A stretch of DNA of 64,000 nucleotides from an uncultured Chloroflexia bacterium (GTDB lineage: Bacteria > Chloroflexota > Limnocylindria > Limnocylindrales > CSP1-4). Within the stretch, counting starts at the first letter, position 1. Every line of letters begins with the position of its first letter. This document shows positions 59,264 through 64,000 of this stretch, piece after piece. A program made the translations under genes and the position numbers. Location of the stretch: NCBI GenBank assembly GCA_963707215.1, contig CAVPPB010000003.1:1248001-1312000 (forward strand). Direction: 5' to 3'. The notes under the pieces are model-generated. The model was not told where the DNA came from and searched no databases. It was given only the letters and a program-made list of their open reading frames with translations.

Positions 59264-60742
59264 GTGTCAGCGCACAGGCAGCCCACCTACCGCGCCCCCG
59301 GCGAGCGTCGCTACGCGGCGGCGAGAGTCCAGGCTGAGCCTCGGTCGACGGCCCGCGTCCGGAACGTCGAGCCCGGGCACCCGGGCAGCAGACGATCGAC
59401 CGGGGAGACATCCCCGAGGCCTCGGTCAGTCATCGCCGGCCGACGGCGGGTGACGGCAGCTGCCCTGTCGTCCCTTCTCCCCGGCCTTGGCCAGCTGGCC
59501 AATGGGCGACGGACGCTGGGAGTGAGACTCCTGGCCCCCTTCCTGGTCGCGGTCGGGATCGCGGGAATCCTGATCGTCTCGGTCCCCCCACTCCGGCTGC
59601 TGGCGACCCTGGTGTCGCCGACAGCCCTCGATCTGCTGGCGACCCTGAGCCTGGTCCTCTTGGCATGGCGGTCGTTCGCAGTGATCCAGGCCTTCTCGGA
59701 TGGACGGCATCCGGGCCGTCCGTCGCCGGGCGCGGTCGCCGGCCTGTCGCTCGTCCTGGGGTTCGTCGCCCTGCCGCACCTCGTGGGCCACGTCTACATC
59801 GGTGCGGCCGACGATGCCTTCGGGCGATTCTTCGCCGGTAGCGCGGAGGACGACGGGGCCGACCTGTCGGGGGACGGCAGCGGGATCCCGGTCCCGGGGC
59901 CGGGCGATCGGTTGAACGTCCTGCTGATCGGGGTCGACAAGACGGAGCAGCGCGCCCACGCGCTCACGGACACGATCCTTCTCGCGTCGCTCGATCCCGT
60001 CGGCCGGACGGTCAGCTTGATCTCCATCCCGCGGGACGTGGCGATGGTCCCGCTGGGGAACGGGGACGTGTACGGCCCCAAGATCAACTCGCTCTACTCG
60101 TACGCCGCGACCCACCCGGACGAGTTCCCATCGGGGCCGACACGGACGCTCCAGGACGCGATCGGAGCGCTCCTGGACACGGACGTCCACTACTACGCGC
60201 GGATCGACATGGACGGGTTCCGACAGCTCGTGGACGTGGCCGGCGGGGTCACCGTTGACGTGCGGAAGGGCTTCTTCGACCCTTCCTACGGATTCGCCAA
60301 GGGCGTCCAGGGATGGGGCATCGAAGCCGGCGTCCACCATCTCGACGGCCGGGAGGCGCTGGCCTTTGTCCGCTCCAGGAAGGCCCCCGGGGAGAGCGAC
60401 TTCACCAGGGCTGCCCGCCAGCAACAGGTCCTCGTCGCGCTGTACCGGGGGCTTCTCGCCGACGGCAGCCTCCTCTTCCGTCTGCCCGACCTGCTGGATG
60501 CCTTCGGTGGCATGGTCAAGACCGACGTGCCACCCGCACGCCTGCCGGACCTGGCGGCGATCGCGGATGGGCTCGATCCGGACGCCGTTACCAGCGCCGT
60601 ACTGGAGGGACCCTTGCTCAAGCCGATGAAGAGCGAGTACGGCAACGTCTGGGTCCCGCGCGAAGATCGGATCGCAGCCCTCACCGCGGCCGTCCTCACC
60701 GACCCCGGCACGCCGCCGACCCCCTGGCCGCCGACTCGCTAG
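59264..60742 (+). CDS. LCP (LytR-CpsA-Psr) family protein
   Basis: [38 protein letters not shown]; start uncertain. Confidence 0.9.
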   Translation: MSAHRQPTYRAPGERRYAAARVQAEPRSTARVRNVEPGHPGSRRSTGETSPRPRSVIAGRRRVTAAALSSLLPGLGQLANGRRTLGVRLLAPFLVAVGIAGILIVSVPPLRLLATLVSPTALDLLATLSLVLLAWRSFAVIQAFSDGRHPGRPSPGAVAGLSLVLGFVALPHLVGHVYIGAADDAFGRFFAGSAEDDGADLSGDGSGIPVPGPGDRLNVLLIGVDKTEQRAHALTDTILLASLDPVGRTVSLISIPRDVAMVPLGNGDVYGPKINSLYSYAATHPDEFPSGPTRTLQDAIGALLDTDVHYYARIDMDGFRQLVDVAGGVTVDVRKGFFDPSYGFAKGVQGWGIEAGVHHLDGREALAFVRSRKAPGESDFTRAARQQQVLVALYRGLLADGSLLFRLPDLLDAFGGMVKTDVPPARLPDLAAIADGLDPDAVTSAVLEGPLLKPMKSEYGNVWVPREDRIAALTAAVLTDPGTPPTPWPPTR

Positions 60743-61386
60743 AAGCCGCGGCGTTGGAGCAGCGGCGCCATCGCCCGGGCGGCCCCGGCCCGATGCGAGA
60801 TCGCGTGCTTCTCCTCCGGCGCGTACAGTCCCAGCGTCCGCCCGCCCGGCGACTCCCCGGCCGGCTCGAAGATCGGGTCATAGCCGAAGCCGCCCGTCCC
60901 CCGCGGTCCGTCGGCGATCCGGCCGCGACAGGTACCCCGGGTCTCGGCGACGATCGGGAGGCCGCCCCGCGGGCCCGCCCCGTCGGGCAGGACGAAGCTC
61001 AGGACGCAGACGTACCGAGCGCCGCGCTCGGCCGGCGGTCGACCGGCAAGGACCTCGAGCAGCCTGGCGTTGTTGTCCTCGTCCGTGGCGGTCTCCCCGG
61101 CGAACCGCCGGGTCCGCACGCCCGGACCACCGTCGAGGGCGTCGACTTCGAGCCCGGAGTCGTCGGCCAGGGTCGGCAGGCCGGTCAGCCGCGCATAGAA
61201 CCGGGCCTTGAGTCTCGCATTCGCGGCGAACGTCCCGCCATCCTCGACCGGCTCCTCGGTCACCCCGAGGTCATCGAGCGAGACGAGTTCGGCGCGCGCC
61301 AGGTGGAGCAGCTCGCGGAGCTCGCGGAGCTTGTGCGCCGAATGGGTCGCAAGGACGATCCGGGGCCGGCGATCCCCGGTGACCAC
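60739..61386 (-). CDS. rdgB: Non-canonical purine NTP pyrophosphatase (RdgB/HAM1)
   Basis: ADDSGLEVDAL, GFGYDPIF and SHR motifs. Confidence 0.93.
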   Translation of the reverse strand: MVTGDRRPRIVLATHSAHKLRELRELLHLARAELVSLDDLGVTEEPVEDGGTFAANARLKARFYARLTGLPTLADDSGLEVDALDGGPGVRTRRFAGETATDEDNNARLLEVLAGRPPAERGARYVCVLSFVLPDGAGPRGGLPIVAETRGTCRGRIADGPRGTGGFGYDPIFEPAGESPGGRTLGLYAPEEKHAISHRAGAARAMAPLLQRRGF

Positions 61387-61397
61387 GGGCGAGCGCC

Positions 61398-62132
61398 TCA
61401 GCGGGGGACGCTGGCGAGCGCCTCCGCCTGGGCGGCGAAGAGCTGCTCGAGACCGTGGTTGGCGAGGTCGAGGAGGCCGTCGACGGCGGCCCGGTCGAAG
61501 GGCTCGCCCTCGGCCGTGCCCTGGAGCTCGACGTAGGTCCCGGCGTCGGTCCCGACGACGTTGAAGTCGACCTCGGCCGCCGAGTCCTCGGCGTAATCGA
61601 GGTCGAGCACCTGCATCCCGTCGACGATGCCGACGCTGACCGCCGCCACGTGGCCGGCGATGCAGCGCTCCATGCCGTAGGTGATGAGGGCCGCGGCCAG
61701 GGCGACGTAGCCGCCGGTGATCGAGGCGGTCCGGGTCCCGCCGTCGGCCTGGAGGACGTCGCAGTCGATCGCGACCGTCCGCTCACCGAGGCGGCCCAGG
61801 TCGACGACGCCGCGGAGCGACCGGCCGATGAGGCGCTGGATCTCGTGGGTCCGGCCGCCGATCCGGCCCCGCACGGACTCGCGGTCGGAGCGCTCCGAGG
61901 TCGCCCGCGGCAGCATCGAGTACTCGGCGGTGACCCAGCCGGAGCCCTTGCCGCGGAGGTGCGGCGGGACGCGGTCGAGGATGCTCGCGGCACAGAGGAC
62001 CTCCGTGTCGCCGACCTTGATGCGGCACGACCCCTCGGCCCACTTCTGGACCCCCAGGGTGAGCGAGACGGGCCGGAGCTGGTCCGCCCGACGCCCGTCG
62101 CCACGGCTGCTGGGTCGGTTGCCGATCGTCAT
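61398..62132 (-). CDS. rph: Ribonuclease PH
   Basis: [37 protein letters not shown]. Confidence 0.96.
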   Translation of the reverse strand: MTIGNRPSSRGDGRRADQLRPVSLTLGVQKWAEGSCRIKVGDTEVLCAASILDRVPPHLRGKGSGWVTAEYSMLPRATSERSDRESVRGRIGGRTHEIQRLIGRSLRGVVDLGRLGERTVAIDCDVLQADGGTRTASITGGYVALAAALITYGMERCIAGHVAAVSVGIVDGMQVLDLDYAEDSAAEVDFNVVGTDAGTYVELQGTAEGEPFDRAAVDGLLDLANHGLEQLFAAQAEALASVPR

Positions 62133-63317
62133 CCACGTTCCTCCGTCGTCGCCGTGCCCGCCCCGGACCTCGCGTCCTCGCGCTTGGCCTGGTCCCAGAG
62201 CTCGTCAAGCTGCTCGAAGGATAGGTCGCGCAGGACCACGCCGCGCTCGGCGATCAGTCGCTCGACGATCCGGAAGCGTCTACGGAACTTGTCGTTGGCC
62301 GACCGAAGGGCGGCCTCCGCCTCGATGCCGTGCTTGCGGCCAAGGTTGACCACCACCATCAGCAGGTCGCCGAGCTCCTCGCGTCGATGGTCCGGGCCAT
62401 CGGCACGAGCCAGCTCGTCCAGCTCCTCATCGACCTTGGCAAGGACGCCCTCGATCGTGGGCCAGTCGTAGCCCAGGTTGGCGGCCCGCTCCTGCATCTC
62501 CTGGCTGGCGGCGAGGGCCGGCATGGAGGAGCTGATCCCGTCCAGGGCGCTCTTCAGCGGCACGTCGGTGCCGGCCTCGTCGGCCGCGGCCGCCCGCTCG
62601 GCGGCCTTGATCCGCTCCCACTGGCGGTTGACGTCACCCGCGGTCCGGGCCTCGGCGTCGCCGAAGACGTGGGGATGGCGGCGGACGATCTTGCGGGTCA
62701 GGGCGTCGTGGACGTCGGCCAGGTCGAAGACGCCGGCCTCGGCGGCAAGCTGGCTGTGGAGGATCACCTGGAGGAGCAGGTCGCCGAGCTCCTCGGCCAG
62801 CTCCGGCGTGGCCCCGGCCTCCAGGGCGTCGTAGACCTCGTAGGCCTCCTCGAGGAGATGGTTGCGGAGCGACTCGTGGGTCTGCTCGCGGTCCCAGGGG
62901 CAGCCGTCGGGACGGCGGAGCCGCTCGGAGACCGCCGGCATCCCCCACGGTGAGGCGAAGGCCTCGGTCGGGGCGACCGGCGCGAGATACAGGGGACCCA
63001 GGAGGTCCTCGGGTGTGAGCGCTCCCACCGTGGCGACCTCGGCGACACCGAAGCGCCCGACCGGGTGATCCGCCGGATAGAGCCGCCCGAGGGCCCCTTC
63101 GGGCGTGCGCCCTCGTGGTCCCCGGCGACCCGGCGGCGCCTCGATCGATCCCCGCGATCCGCAGGGGCCGATCCAGGACGACCAGCGGCACGAGGATGCA
63201 CGGGCGGGACGGCTCGATGGGATAGGCGACGAGCCGCTCGGTCGGCACGACCTGGAGCCCGTCGTTGACGTCAAGGCCCCAGCGGAGCCGTGCTTCTGCG
63301 AGGAGGGCGTCCAGCAC
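62129..63317 (-). CDS. mazG: MazG nucleoside triphosphate pyrophosphohydrolase with N-terminal extension, frameshifted near 63145
   Basis: [20 protein letters not shown] (twice), RRHPHVFG. Confidence 0.9.
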
Positions 63318-63328
63318 CGGCAGCCCGC

Positions 63329-64000
63329 CTAGGGGGTCGGCAGGTCCGTGGCCCGCTCGATCGTGGCTGCCGACTTCTCCTCCGAGTACCAGTTGCTGAA
63401 GGCGGTCTCGCGGAGCGTGACCGCCTGCTCGCCCTCGGGCAGCCGCTCCTCCTCCTCCCAGACCTTGAAAAGGTAGAAGCCGTCACCGGGCAGCTCGACC
63501 GTGTCAGAGGCCTCGCCGACGGGCGTCGCGAACACGACGTCCTCCAGGGTCTGGTCGAGCTGGGTCCGGGCGATCCAGCCGAGCTCACCGCCATCCGCGG
63601 CCTCGGGGCCCTCGGACATCTCGCGGGCGATCGTGGCGAAGTCCTCGCCGGCGAGATCCCGGCGCTTGGCCTCCTCGATCCGGCTGGTCGAATCCGGACG
63701 ACGGTCCTCGTAGAGGATCACGTGCCAGCCGAACTGCGTCTTGACCGGCTCGAGCAGATCACCGGCCTCGAGGCCGTCGGCGAAGATGGCATCGCCGAAG
63801 GCGCGGTCGACCTGGTCGCGGGTGAAATAGGGCAGGTCGCCGCCGCTCGTCTCGGCACCCGGCTCGTCGCTTTGCTCGCGGGCCAGCTCGGCGAAGCGAT
63901 CGGCCATCTCATCGGTCCCGACGAGGGGCTTCAGCTCGTCATAGGCGGCCCGGGCGGACTCCTCGGCCTCGATCCAGGCCGGATCGTCCTCGGGAAGCTC
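63329..64000 (-). CDS. Parvulin-type peptidyl-prolyl isomerase (partial, runs off the window)
   Basis: Two PpiC-like repeats (FAELAREQSD...GGDL...TQFGWH and FATIAREMSE...GGELGW). Confidence 0.88.
   Translation of the reverse strand, partial: ELPEDDPAWIEAEESARAAYDELKPLVGTDEMADRFAELAREQSDEPGAETSGGDLPYFTRDQVDRAFGDAIFADGLEAGDLLEPVKTQFGWHVILYEDRRPDSTSRIEEAKRRDLAGEDFATIAREMSEGPEAADGGELGWIARTQLDQTLEDVVFATPVGEASDTVELPGDGFYLFKVWEEEERLPEGEQAVTLRETAFSNWYSEEKSAATIERATDLPTP

Overview
GC-rich bacterial DNA. The gene content and style suggest Chloroflexota or an actinobacterium-like soil organism, but that is an inference. Core-like blocks are: EamA transporter, a xanthine-dehydrogenase-family Mo enzyme operon, a Crp/Fnr-associated redox cluster, glnA/PucR/resB/GGDEF, a Mn riboswitch with its exporter, a GcvT oxidoreductase, a Tm-1-like pair, and LCP-rdgB-rph-mazG-PPIase. 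Two tRNA-Pro genes anchor accessory regions with no intact integrase. (1) About 14-31.7 kb, 3' of tRNA-Pro(CGG), is a tandem stack of units. Each has a 16-nt tRNA 3'-end core inside a recombinase-like C-terminal remnant, then a coupled small HTH gene (5 related copies plus 1 divergent), then opposite-strand cargo. It also holds displaced tRNA-Arg and tRNA-Gly fragments and many cut genes. (2) 51.1-57.6 kb, 5' of tRNA-Pro(TGG), has two tandem units delimited by duplicated tRNA 5' halves. Four cargo genes carry a c-di-GMP-II-like riboswitch with a GAG pocket variant. Several single-base frameshifts look like assembly errors. All family assignments are from motif recognition, not database searches.
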